Part shown: positions 12,151 through 22,951 of the stretch, in pieces
Layout: every line of letters starts with the position of its first letter
Position numbering within the stretch: position 1 is the first letter of the stretch
NCBI RefSeq assembly: GCF_001194135.2
Contig: NC_068986.1
Location: forward strand, 107,870,702-107,912,793
DNA length: 42,092 nt
From: Octopus bimaculoides
Taxonomy: Eukaryota
Direction of reading: 5' to 3'
Made by a program: the position numbers and the translations under genes
Notes under the pieces: model-generated
The model's database searches: none
The model's input: the letters and a program-made list of their open reading frames with translations, nothing else
Told to the model about the DNA's origin: nothing

Positions 12151-12383
12151 TGTGAATCATGCAGGCATAGTGTGGATTCGATCCTCGATAGTCAAATTTC
12201 AATTAACAGTTCAACAGCACTTTTCTCACGGTAAAACGATAATTTTTCTGTGAGTAACAGCATTTACATTTGCTACATGCCTTCGCTAGGCCGGAATAAT
12301 GTCTTTGTCACTTGACCTTTCTAACCTCTTCTATTTCACCAATAGCTCGAATAGAGATATCACAGACCTCTAATGAAATCTAT

Positions 12384-12990
12384 TGTTATCAACAATGTGT
12401 CCATCATTCTGACTAATCTTGGATAGTTATAAAAACAAGAACTCCGTAAGCAAAAGTTAGTGAGAACCCGGTTGGTGAGAACGCAGTTGGTGAGAGCAAC
12501 CATCAGTTAGTGAACAGAGACCAACTAGAGTCATGGCCACAAGCAGGCTGCGACTAAAGACAAACGGCCAGAGGGAGAAAGAAGGTTACAATCAGCTAAC
12601 TATGAGACACAACTTCACTCTTACTGGCTCACTTTACTTTCTCTTACACCATCACTCCATCTCTATCTGTAATTACTACTACACAATGATGAGAACACAA
12701 ACACAAACTATACAAGAAAAATCTACGACATCTCTCTTTACTTCGCATGCTTTGCGATTTTATCACCTGCCCGTCGAGGCAAAGTATTATACAATGTAAC
12801 GGTAAATAAATATTTTCTTTACAACTTCAATCACTGTTCTTTCATCTTTACATAATGGCAATCAACTAACGACAAACCATTACAATTGGTGATGCCGGCG
12901 TTGCACCATAGCAGGCATCAATTACAAACTGGTGACCCTCGACTTCAACAAAGAACTAACCATTAGAAATTGGTGACGACTTCGACGTTC
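12384..12990 (+). mobile_element. Putative LTR followed by tandem tRNA-Trp-like primer-binding sites
   Basis: AATAAA at about 12806, candidate LTR end TTTACA at about 12853, three TGGTGA motifs at 12887, 12930 and 12971; left boundary uncertain. Confidence 0.4.
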
Positions 12991-13274
12991 CATATTATTG
13001 TTTACAAATTAATCACAATCGTTACGAATTGACTTCTCCCGTTACACACACACACGTGCATACGCATACATACATACACATACATATACATACACAGGTA
13101 CATGCATGCATGCACATATACACCCTACCTATAAAAGGATATGGAATAAGTGGGGTAGAAGTAAGAAAATGCGCAGAAATTTGGTTGCTAAGGAGGTGGG
13201 GTGGATTATATGAAATGAACCTGAAATAGATAAATTATTGGAGTTAAGTGAATAGAATATAACAGTGGAGTATC

Positions 13275-14457
13275 TGTAAGAACGACCGTTCGGACTCAAA
13301 AAAGAGAAATGGTGACGAATGGAAAAACAGGACTCCTTTTATTTAGTACGCGTCACACGGTCGAACACAAGAATATTATATCAAAGATGATATACAAATA
13401 TGTTATACTACGATAACATATGGCCAGTAAAAGGAAGACGATAGAAGATGATAAACACAACCGTATGAGATGAATAACAGAGATATTTATTGTGTCGTTA
13501 ATATGTATGTCTGTGTGTGAGTGTGAATGCGACATATAAAAACATAATAAAAGACAGGCCGTCATACAAAGAAAAGAGTGAGTGTGAGTGATACATGTAT
13601 GTGTATGTGAGATATTACAGCAGATAGAAAGAGTCAGTAACACGTGAGCATTTATACCAGTTCTTGAGTACACAATAGGATGAGTCTGTATGTGAAAGGA
13701 GTTGAGGCTGTGTGTTGCAGTGCTGATCACTAGTTGTGATGTCGTGGCTTCCATGCCGGGCCAGATTCTTGTTATACAGATGTTCGTCGCTGGCTGAAAC
13801 TCTTGTCTGTTTATTTATCGTGGTGAAGCTGAGTCACCAAACAGAATCGAAGAGAGAGATGTGCCGCGGTGGTTTGGATTGGTGTACATAGTAAGTCGTG
13901 TTGACGCTGGTGGAGATTGATGCTGGTTAGTAGTAATCGTAGAATCGTGTTGCTGGTGTGGCGACGGCGGTGGGTGGTCATCGTTGGACGAAGCTGTTGA
14001 TGNNNNNNNNNNNNNNNNNNNNNNNNNNNNNNNNNNNNNNNNNNNNNNNNNNNNNNNTGTGGCGACGGCGTTGGTGGTCATCGTTGGACGAAGCTGTTGA
14101 TGGAGTCGTAGCTGGAACTGCTGCTGCTGCTGCTGTGTGGTACACGGAACAGTCTCTATAGAGAAACTGAACCGAGACGAATTTGGCCGCTGAATTAAAG
14201 CTATTTAAAACAAAATAGGGGGTCCAAGACCGTAGTAGAAAAACACTATCACGTGACCTTATTAAGGGCTGTGATTGGTCAGTTTGCGTTCTGGCGTGAA
14301 CGGTTCGAAGAATTTGCCGCTTCAAATAATAATCAGTCACGTGATGACAAGGAATGTGTTTTCCGCTACGCCCGCGCTTGTTTATATTTAAATGAGACGA
14401 TTGTATGTAATGGCGATAGTAGTTTTGTATCTAATGGCGATAGGTAGTTTCACTACA
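13275..14457 (-). mobile_element. Solo LTR, Ty3/gypsy type
   Basis: Termini TGTAG(TGAAAC)...(TTC)TTACA on the minus strand; 4-bp TSD TATC at 13271-13274 and 14458-14461; homologous ends to 14535-15526. Confidence 0.88.
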
Positions 14458-14534
14458 TATCTTTTAATATTAGATAGGATGTTAAATGTTCTTTGGTGTA
14501 GAAGTATATAAAAGACGTTGCTTGGAAACCAAAG

Positions 14535-15526
14535 TGTAGTGAAACCACCTCTCTCGGTTATTTATTTACAAATGCGAACGTAGCGGGTAACATCTATCTC
14601 TCTCCCGCCTTGGACCCTGCTGTGTCCATCACCCTGACTGACTATCATTTGCGCGGCATTTGTCTCCAGTTCTGTTTCGCGCCAGGGTGCATACCGACCA
14701 ATCGTGGCCATCTAATAAGGTCACGTGAGAGAGTGTTTTTCTAATGTTTATGGAGCCTCTCTGTACCTATAAATAGCCTGTTTTATCCCCGCCAGTTTGT
14801 CGCGGCTTCTGATCTTTTAAGGTCTGGTCGTTGACCACGTAACACCAACCAGCCAGTTTCCAGCGACGACATCAACACCATCGTTCAACTGTTTACTACA
14901 AGCTTCGTCCCCAACGTCAACACGACGCCTCTACGTACACAAGCTACCAACAGCAACCGCAGCTTCTCTCAACACTACTGTTTGTGTGAATTGTTTTACC
15001 ACGAAATAACAGCCAGAATTCGACACCTGCGAGAAACCCCTGTATCAAGTAGCCTGGCTCGGCATAGAAGCCTCAACTGCACGACAAGTGACTTAGCTCT
15101 GCCTCAATGCCTCAACCTCTTATATACAGACTTTCAAACTACTGTGTACCTTAACTGAGAACTGGTATTTCTTATCCGTGTTACAGACTCTTTTCTATGC
15201 TCTGTATCTCTTGCATTCACATACATATATTTGTATACATACACTCTTTTGTTTACATGACGGCCTGTCCTATATTGTGTTTTATTATGTCGCATTCACA
15301 CTCACACAGACATTCTAGTTGACAACCAATAAACCTTACTGTTATACATCTTTACCGGTTGAGTCTCTATCTTTTCCTTGCTGGCAAATTTCCTCGCATT
15401 TCACATGTGAGTTCTCTATGTTATAGTATTATAATATATTTTTGTGTCGACTGTGCGACGCGTTAAAAAGGAGCCTGTTCCATTTCGTCACCATTCTCCT
15501 TTGGTTCGCACGGTCGTTTCTCTACA
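14535..15526 (+). mobile_element. Solo LTR, Ty3/gypsy type
   Basis: TGTAG...CTACA termini; TSD AAAG at 14531-14534 and 15527-15530; CCAAT 14698, GTCACGTG 14720, TATAAATA 14768, AATAAA about 15328. Confidence 0.92.
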
Positions 15527-15849
15527 AAAGCATGCAGTCCATAGTGCAGGCCAGTCACCAAGGCAGAAAATGGGACAGTAGAGCCTTACTCTCCCCTTCA
15601 CCAAATGCTATCTCCCCCCCACTCACTCTATCTGTGATTGTGATATAAACTAATTTTAATGTGAGAACATGAACTTCTACCAAGAGACTACGCTTCGGGC
15701 TTGATCCTCTTCTCTAGTGGACTTGATGGTACCCCACTAACAATACCCTGATGACAGGCCTGCCATGGTGACTGTAATTGGTTACAAGAGAAATTTTAGA
15801 AAATAATAGAAACTACAAATAATGACCTACTTAGAATTTAATTGCGAAT

Positions 15850-16140
15850 CAGTTCAATTCTTCGTTTATTCTTGTTTGCATTCTGTTCAAATGCTCAACC
15901 ATCATAAATTTGTTTGATGAACTTTTGGCCACAGTTGAATTCATAAACAAATTTTCGAACTTGTCAGCAATCGACGTATCCCAAAAACCTTTCTTGAGGC
16001 TTTTCCATCTCATCAACAAATCACAAAGTATGTGACGATTGCGGTTTCGTTTGAAGACCTGTACGTAGTTTCATCAAACATAACAGCAACAAATAATGTT
16101 TTGTTTTCAATCATTACCTTAATTTTGACTATCTGCATTT
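15850..16140 (-). pseudogene. hAT transposase relic (DUF4371/ZMYM1-like segment)
   Basis: Minus-strand translation FVAVMFDETT and, after frameshifts, DGK-x-QERFLGYVD, matching the hAT xxDETTD...ERFLG region. Confidence 0.6.
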
Positions 16141-16214
16141 GGTGGCCCTTCACATCTTACCACTACACTTAGTAACTCCGATATACACTCACATCTGTCC
16201 GCTATATCTGCTGA

Positions 16215-16985
16215 CCCCAACATGGTACCCAGAGGGTGCTTGATCGGCGAACGATACCCAAAGCTTTCATATTATCAAACTCAACCTTCGCAGGTCTGTC
16301 TCATGATAAACGACGCATGCAGTTGTGCACTCGAGGGCCAGTAGTGGGGATGTGGTGCTTCACCCCATGGCAGGTTGTAGAATGTCAGGGTAACAAGATT
16401 CAAGTGGCTCACAAGGAGATTCGAGAATTCATTTTGGTCTGTGAGACGGCTACTATGCGAGGGGCGGCATGTGTAGACGTTGCAAGAGAAACAGCAGCAA
16501 ACGTGTTGTTGTTGAGGAGTCGTTTCCCCTGAAGATCGACCAGCAGAGAGTGTGTCCGAGGTCCGCTCCTATAATGGATTGATGGACACCATCGACAGTG
16601 AATGCCCACGTGTATACTTGTNNNNNNNNNNTAATGGATTGATGGACACCATCGACAGTGAATGCCCACGTGTATACTTGTGAGCCGATGTGGAAAGAGA
16701 ACGTAGCGACTATACTCGTCGATTGTGGAGCCGTTAGCAGCCGTTTAGGGCTGGCATCGCTTTCCGTAACGGAGGTCCCTTGCCGATGCTGGGATCACGC
16801 TGAAGTTTTGCTCCTGTGTCGATTTCCTTTGTTTTTTCTTCCCTTCCTTTGATGGTACATCCAAGGAACAGGTAGCGAACAACAATTTGAAGTTTCATTG
16901 GTATCCTGCAATTGTTTTCCAAAGAATGCTCTTCTAGAGGAACAAGTCTTTCTTTCCTATGTGAGTCTTGAAATCGCACGAGATT
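16215..16985 (-). pseudogene. Gypsy gag-pol fragment (protease and start of RT), frameshifted; probably CsRn1/Kabuki-like lineage
   Basis: DTGA at 16809-16820; AANGSTI; YTWAFTVDGV..IIGAD; SLLVDLQGKRLL; HGVKHHIPTTGP..RRLS..AKVEFDNM..LGIVR; relic gag NNCRIP. Confidence 0.8.
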
Positions 16986-17752
16986 CTTCGTCCAGATTTT
17001 CTTTTAATGACACAAGCACTTCTCTTATGAGACATTATTTTAGATACTCTAGTTGTATAAGCCCACAATTCTGAAAAACAGTTCATATAGTCAAAGCTTT
17101 TAGTGTCACAGAAATAAAATGGAAAGGAAGAAGGTATTTCTTAAAGTAGAGCCTAAGTGGTAACAAATTAAAAACTCTACAACTCCTAAACTTCTTAAAC
17201 TTGAAAGCTGAAATTTGAGATATACTGCTTCTGCTTTACATTAACAGTTTGGTAAAAACTTGAGTAGGCGTTATGAGCCCCACAAGAATTTTGCATGATT
17301 TGGGTCAAAAGTGGTGTTAGATTTCTTCAGTTGGGAGAGGCGCTGAAGGTATTGGCCCTAAAGTATAATCGCAGGTAGATCCAGGGAGTATTTTGAATGA
17401 TGCTTTCAGATTGAAGGAATGAATTAAGGGATATTAGCTTGTATGAAAATGATCCACGGGGGTGTATAATGTGAAAGAGATAGACATCATGATAGGCAGA
17501 TAGGGGTTGTGAGTGAGTGAATAGAAGAGAGAAAAGAAAGGAAGAGGGTAGAAAATGAAGAGGTCACAGATGTGTGACGAAAGATTTATAAAAAGGAAGT
17601 GGACTTAACAAATATAGAAAAGTATGGAAGAACGGCTCACAGAGTAGGGGGTGACGTTAAGTTGTCACCACCCCAAAAGATATTGGAAGCAATGGACAAA
17701 AAAAACATCGTCTACAAGGCATATTCTGGGAAAGAAAAAGAAATGAGTACAC

Positions 17753-18478
17753 ATGGAGGCTGAAGAAATAGAAAAGGCATTATGCACAATAAGGCAAGAT
17801 ATAACATATCTGGCGAGAGGCAACAAATATGGAACTACTGTGGTCCATTTTAAGACAGAATCACAAGTGAAAGAACATGCCAAAACCACAGTGAAATCGG
17901 AAAAAGTAGTCCTTCTACCCACTTATCTTGGAAGAACTTCCAAGATTAGGGTAGAAGGAATCCTGCTGGACATAGATGTGGCTTGGGTTGCGGCGGCTGT
18001 TCTTCTAGAAAGTAAGGAAGAAATAGCCGTCCTCCATGTCACAGAAACAGTAAATTCGATTTGGAAAAGCAAAACAATGGACCTGATTATACAGGCTACA
18101 GTGAAAACACTGGAAAGTTTGGTGGAGACAGTAACAATCGGAGAAATGATTTTGAGAGTGTGGGTAGAGGGCAGAATCCCTCGTTGTTTTAAATGTGGCC
18201 AAAAAGGCCACATTAGAGCACACTGCCCTCTACAGAAGCAAGGAGGTCAGGAAGAAAAGGGAAAGGAGCCGGAGAAGGAGCGGGATGAGGTACAAGAGGA
18301 AAAAAAGAAAAATGAAGAAGAATGGACAGTAGCAGAAGAAAGAAAAAGGAAGCGGAAGAAAGGACAGTGTGAAGTAGAACTCCAAACCATACCCACCCCA
18401 CCCATTCCCCTCCTACATAGAGCAAAAGAAAAAAAAAAGAAAAACAGACGAAAATGCTCAAAATTCCCCTTCCAGTGA
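17753..18478 (+). CDS. Non-LTR retrotransposon ORF1-like protein (RRM-like region + CCHC knuckle + basic tail)
   Basis: 241-aa open frame with RIPRCFKCGQKGHIRAHCP (CX2CX4HX4C) and K/E-rich C-terminus; no recognisable ORF2 downstream. Confidence 0.7.
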   Translation: MEAEEIEKALCTIRQDITYLARGNKYGTTVVHFKTESQVKEHAKTTVKSEKVVLLPTYLGRTSKIRVEGILLDIDVAWVAAAVLLESKEEIAVLHVTETVNSIWKSKTMDLIIQATVKTLESLVETVTIGEMILRVWVEGRIPRCFKCGQKGHIRAHCPLQKQGGQEEKGKEPEKERDEVQEEKKKNEEEWTVAEERKRKRKKGQCEVELQTIPTPPIPLLHRAKEKKKKNRRKCSKFPFQ

Positions 18479-18769
18479 TAATTGTTACGCATGTATGATG
18501 ACGAAGGATATAGACAAGGAATTGCTTAACAAGATATCAAAGTGGAAGACTGCTGAATTTATTAACGTAGAAGGTTGTACAAACATAATAGGATGGCATT
18601 TGTGCATGATGGTGACAGAAAGTCAAAAAGAAGAAATAATGAAATTTAAGAAAGGGTAGAAATGTTGGAAGGTAAATGCTGATCTAAAAACGATACCGGA
18701 TAATGTGAGATACAAGGTGCTGCTTTTGATTTTAGAAATAGTAGTACAATATATGGTTAATGTTTACAA

Positions 18770-19215
18770 GTACACTGGCACGAAAAAAATCAACCTTTTT
18801 CTTTTTTTTGAAAATTTTTCAGCGGATACTTGTTTTCGGTTAAGGAGATTCTCAATATGCCAAAAACCATGTGTTTCAAAATTTTAAATTACCTCCTCCC
18901 CATCCCAAATTTTTACATTTTAACTTTTTTTCAATCTTCGTGGGAAAATATGGAGATTAAGAATATGGGAAAAAAAAAAATTAATTTCGGGGCTAATGCA
19001 GTTTTGCACCTCTCTTTGAAAATAAATTTTTTCGGATTCCTACGTTTTATATGTCGGAGATTACGAATATGCAAAAAAAAAGAAAAAAAATACCCACCAC
19101 CACTTCCCTCCTCATTTAAAATTTTGAACTTCTTCGAAATTTTTTCCCCAATGTTTTCGATGACGGAGATTCCGAATATGCAAGAAACCACGTTTTCAAA
19201 ATTTTCAATTCAATA
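18770..19215. repeat. Dispersed repeat with about 110-bp degenerate subunits (GGAGATTxCGAATATGC)
   Basis: Motif recurs near 18843, 18951, 19066 and 19166; related sequence at 31415-31745, 32970-33008 and 40975-41535. Confidence 0.65.
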
Positions 19216-19560
19216 AGCATATAGATATGTGTATGTAGGGATAGACAGATAGGTAGGTAGGTAGTCAGTAGTGATCCTTTTGGTATACAAAGATCAGATG
19301 TATGTCTTACTAATTCAGTTGGATTACTAGTAGTAGTATTAGTAGTTACAAGTTTTTTCACTCTACCCATATCATATGATATATGTGACCTATGTTTTTA
19401 ATATATGTAACATTAAAAATGAAGAATTTACTACAATTTCCAAAGGATACACAAAACATGTTATAAACATTTATAGCACTTTAATAACATTCTTATAAAT
19501 ACATTCTTTAATACAAATATCATAATAAGATGCTTTTATATCATGTTTTCGTAGAAAAGT

Positions 19561-19904
19561 CAGTGGAAAGGTTTATCTCCATCATTAAAAGTACATTTAT
19601 GAGTAGATATATAATCACTACAAGTAAATGATTTACCACAAATAATACAGTTGTATGGTTTTTCCCCAGTATGAGTACGATTGTGTCTTATTAAACACCT
19701 CAAGTTAGAAAATGTTTTGCCACAGATTCCACAGTGGTGTGCTTTCTCTCCAGTGTGTGTACGTATATGCCCTTTTAAGCTGCCACTATTGGAAAATTCC
19801 TTCCCACAAACTTCAGTGATATGGTTTTTCTCCAGTATTAGTACATTTATGAATAGGACGGATTTTTCAGAAAATCCTTCCCCAAATATTTCACATTAGT
19901 GTGA
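19561..19904 (-). pseudogene. Relic C2H2 fingers in the 3' UTR of paralogue A (about 4 fingers)
   Basis: Past the stop the minus strand reads, with frameshifts, CEIFGEGFSEK, EVCGKEFSNSGSLKGHIRTHTGEKAHHCGICGKTFSNLRCLIRHNRTHTGEKPYNCIICGKSF. Confidence 0.85.
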
Positions 19905-20927
19905 TTATTCTCCAGTATGAACACGTTTATGTCTTGTTAAGCTGGTCTTAAGTGAAAATTCTTTTCCACATACTATACAATGAAATGGTTTCTCTCCTGT
20001 GTGAATACGTCTGTGTCTTATTAAACTACCATTTACAGAAAATGCTTCACCACAGATTTCACAGTGATGTGGTTTTTCCCCAGTATGAACACGTTTGTGA
20101 TTTCTTAAGCTGCACCTACCAGAAAAGTCCTTTCCACAAACTTCACAGTGATATGGTTTCTCTCCTGTGTGAATACGTTTGTGTAATGTTAAAACATATT
20201 TTTCAGGAAATGCTTTTCCACAAATTTCACAGCGGTGTCGCTTTTCCCCTGTGTGAGTACGTTTATGCCTTATTAAGGTACGACTAATTGTAAATCCTTT
20301 CCCACATACTTCACAATCATATGGCTTCTCTCCAGTATGAACTCGTTTGTGGACTGTCAAAGATTCTTTCACAGAAAATGTTTTACCACAAATTTCACAG
20401 TGGAAAGGCTTCGAATGCACACCTCTGTGTCTTTCAAAGTTACTGACATTAGAAAATGCTTTCCCACAATCATCACATTTGTATGGTTCCTCCCCGGTGT
20501 GAGTACGTTTGTGTCTTGTTAAATTATTAACTTGAGAAAATGTTTTGCCACAAATTTCACAATGGTATCGTTTTTCTCCAGTGTGAATAAGCCGGTGACT
20601 TCTTACGCTATTGAACTGTGAAAATGCTTTGCCACAAATTTCGCAGTGAAATGGTTTCTCTCCTGTGTGTGTACGTTTGTGTTTCTTTATATAACCTTGA
20701 TTAGAAAATGATTTTCCACAGATTTCACAGTGAAAAGGTTTCTCCCCTGTGTGTGTCCGTTTGTGTTCTATTAAATTCGCTTTCTGAGTGAATGCTTTCT
20801 CACACACTTCACAGTTGTATGGCTTTTCCCCAGTATGAGTGCGCCTATGAATAGCTAAATTACATTTAGTAGTAAGTAGTTTGCCACAAATACTGCATTT
20901 GTAACGTTTGCTCATTTTCTGAAACAT
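19905..20927 (-). CDS. C2H2 zinc-finger protein, paralogue A (340 aa, 12 fingers, no effector domain)
   Basis: 12 intact CX2CX12HX3H units with TGEKP-type linkers; in-frame TAA just upstream, so this exon holds the whole CDS. Confidence 0.95.
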   Translation of the reverse strand: MFQKMSKRYKCSICGKLLTTKCNLAIHRRTHTGEKPYNCEVCEKAFTQKANLIEHKRTHTGEKPFHCEICGKSFSNQGYIKKHKRTHTGEKPFHCEICGKAFSQFNSVRSHRLIHTGEKRYHCEICGKTFSQVNNLTRHKRTHTGEEPYKCDDCGKAFSNVSNFERHRGVHSKPFHCEICGKTFSVKESLTVHKRVHTGEKPYDCEVCGKGFTISRTLIRHKRTHTGEKRHRCEICGKAFPEKYVLTLHKRIHTGEKPYHCEVCGKDFSGRCSLRNHKRVHTGEKPHHCEICGEAFSVNGSLIRHRRIHTGEKPFHCIVCGKEFSLKTSLTRHKRVHTGE

Positions 20928-21085
20928 TCTCTCAGTTATATTTTACAGGTTTATTCTTTAATTCTGAAGACATTAATTGGTTGATAAATCTCTATCCAAA
21001 CACAGTAGACTTGCAGTATCCTCTGCAGAAAATCTTCTTTCAAATGGATATATGTACTGAAAGAAAAAGAAAATAAATGTTAGAT
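20928..21085 (-). other. 5' UTR part of the coding exon of A with 3' splice site
   Basis: Minus strand CTAAC branch point...TTTTCTTTTTCTTTCAG; AG at 21058-21057, exon starts 21056; conserved in C. Confidence 0.8.
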
Positions 21086-21299
21086 ACTAACAACCAAAAA
21101 GTTGTGAAATGAATAGCTGTTTATGTGGTATGTGATTCATTATTCTCAACAATATCTCATAATCATAGATCAGCGAGCCACAACCTTTATCTATGTTGTC
21201 TCTGTTCAGGATTAATAGAAGATTCCCAAAGTCCTCATTATTATTATTTAATATCCGTTTTTGATGCTGGCGAGAGTCGAACAGTTTGACGGGAACCAG

Positions 21300-21382
21300 C
21301 AGGGCCACCAACAGTCTCCATTGTCTGTTTTGGCATGGTTTCTACAGCTGGATGCCATTCCTAATGCAAACCACTTTCCAGA
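21300..21382 (-). mobile_element. Family 3 retroposon fragment in intron of A
   Basis: GTTTCTACAGCTGGATGCCATTCCTAATGCAAACCAC motif shared with 10915-10950. Confidence 0.6.
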
Positions 21383-22314
21383 GTGTATAACGTATTCTCC
21401 TCCAAGTAAACATTTCAAATAAATGCTTTCCCTCATTTGTTGTAGGTGAGAGTGTTGTTATCTTATTTCACAGCAATAATTAACAATGCTTTTCCTACAT
21501 ATTTCAGAGTCTGCTTCTATCACCTGTTTATGTCTGTGATTAAACAAACTGATCAATTGTTCATAAGATTCAAACTCGGCAGAATTAGATGAACAGAAGT
21601 TTTCATTTCACATGGTCACAAGTAGCTTCATAAGAAATATGCAGAATTCTTCCATTACCACCTTTCAATGAATCCTGAGTGTACCTGGCTAAANNNNNNN
21701 NNNNNNNNNNNNNNNNNNNNNNNNNNNNNNNNNNNNNNNNNNNNNNNNNNNNNNNNNNNNNNNNNNNNNNNNNNNNNNNNNNNNNNNNNNNNNNNNNNNN
21801 NNNNNNNNNNNNNNNNNNNNNNNNNNNNNNNNNNNNNNNNNNGAAATCTGTTTCCTTCCTCAGTCTCCAGATGAAAGAGAGATGAGAAGAAAACATGACA
21901 TGTGTAAAGAATCAAATCATTGTTATAGATATACTTGATACTGAAGAATTACCAAAAACCTATTCCTGCTGTTTGGGACAGTGTTTAAATAATACCCTGT
22001 TGGAGGTAGTGTCATGGGCCCAGGGTGACTCGATTATTTCCGCTCAGTATCAATGTTTCACATAATTCTAGGCAGCAAAGTTTCAAACATTACATTAAAT
22101 CCCTCCAATAAGAGAAATATTTTCTGACAGATAAAAGCATTCGTTGAATACTACTGCATCATTTTGATAAACTGTAAGTCAATAGAACCGTCAAGTATTT
22201 ATTTTGAAAACAATTTCGTAATACACCAGTGTACTAGAAACTAGATATACTGCCTAATACGTATATATTTTCATGTCTGTTTAGAAGGCAGTGAATTAGA
22301 AAAATTGTAAGCGG

Positions 22315-22951
22315 TGTATATATTCTGGATTTAAGGACACCGACTCAAAAATCTAGCTAGATTACTGTGCCTATCATATCTCCTAAGTACCAAGAACTGG
22401 TATCGATTTCTCTTTCCAGCGATCAGATAAACGAAAGGGGGTAATCCTTCGATATAACTCGACAAAACCAAAACAAACACTCGGCTGTTTCCATGACAAT
22501 TCGACAATTCACTTCGAATGTCTTCGTGAGTGTTACTGAAATGGAACGAGGAGGAGAAAGGTAGTGGGTTGTGTGTGCGTGGTTCGTGCTTAGCCGTCAG
22601 GGAGATATCCAAAGTGAATTGTCGAGTTGTCACGGAAACAGTCGAGTGTTTGTTTTGGTTTTGTCGAGTTACATCGAAGGAACGGCCGTTCACGGCCAAG
22701 TAAATTTTTTGAAACAACTCTCCAGTCACGGGAAAGTTTCTGATATTTACCAGCAAATGTGTACCTGGTCACAGAACCATCACACCTATCCACGTCAGAG
22801 GCGAGACAACATCAAACAAACGAAATAACAGCAATTTACAAGGGAAAGGGCGCGTTAATTGGGTTGACTCTTAATTAAAGGAAAGCCTTTTACATCGAAC
22901 CACGATGCAAAGCAATTATCCTATATTAAACACATACAAACGTTCTCTTAC
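22315..22951 (-). repeat. Paralogous intron-1 block with LTR-like traits, shared by all three ZNF units
   Basis: CTGGATTTAAGG..CACCGACT and downstream sequence recur at 33302-33645 and 41572-41760; TGTAT/ATACA-like ends, minus-strand TATA-like motif, no TSD. Confidence 0.5.
22445..22681. repeat. 70-bp inverted repeat, 97-nt loop
   Basis: 22445-22514 versus 22612-22681, 66/70 complementary; all four differences are transitions. Confidence 0.9.

Noticed and set aside
13957-14101. 45-bp direct repeat flanking a gap inside the solo LTR
   Set aside because: Cannot distinguish a real tandem array from contig overlap
15685-15765. CTGATGA at about 15748 and a nearby GAAGC motif as a hammerhead
   Set aside because: No complete core with pairing helices on either strand
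16571-16681. 50-bp direct repeat either side of a 9-bp N run
   Set aside because: Typical unmerged contig overlap
19880-19907. Stop-codon read-through by A-to-I editing restoring fingers 13-16
   Set aside because: A has two in-frame TAA, a Cys-to-Phe loss in finger 13 and downstream frameshifts; B and C are frameshifted right after the stop
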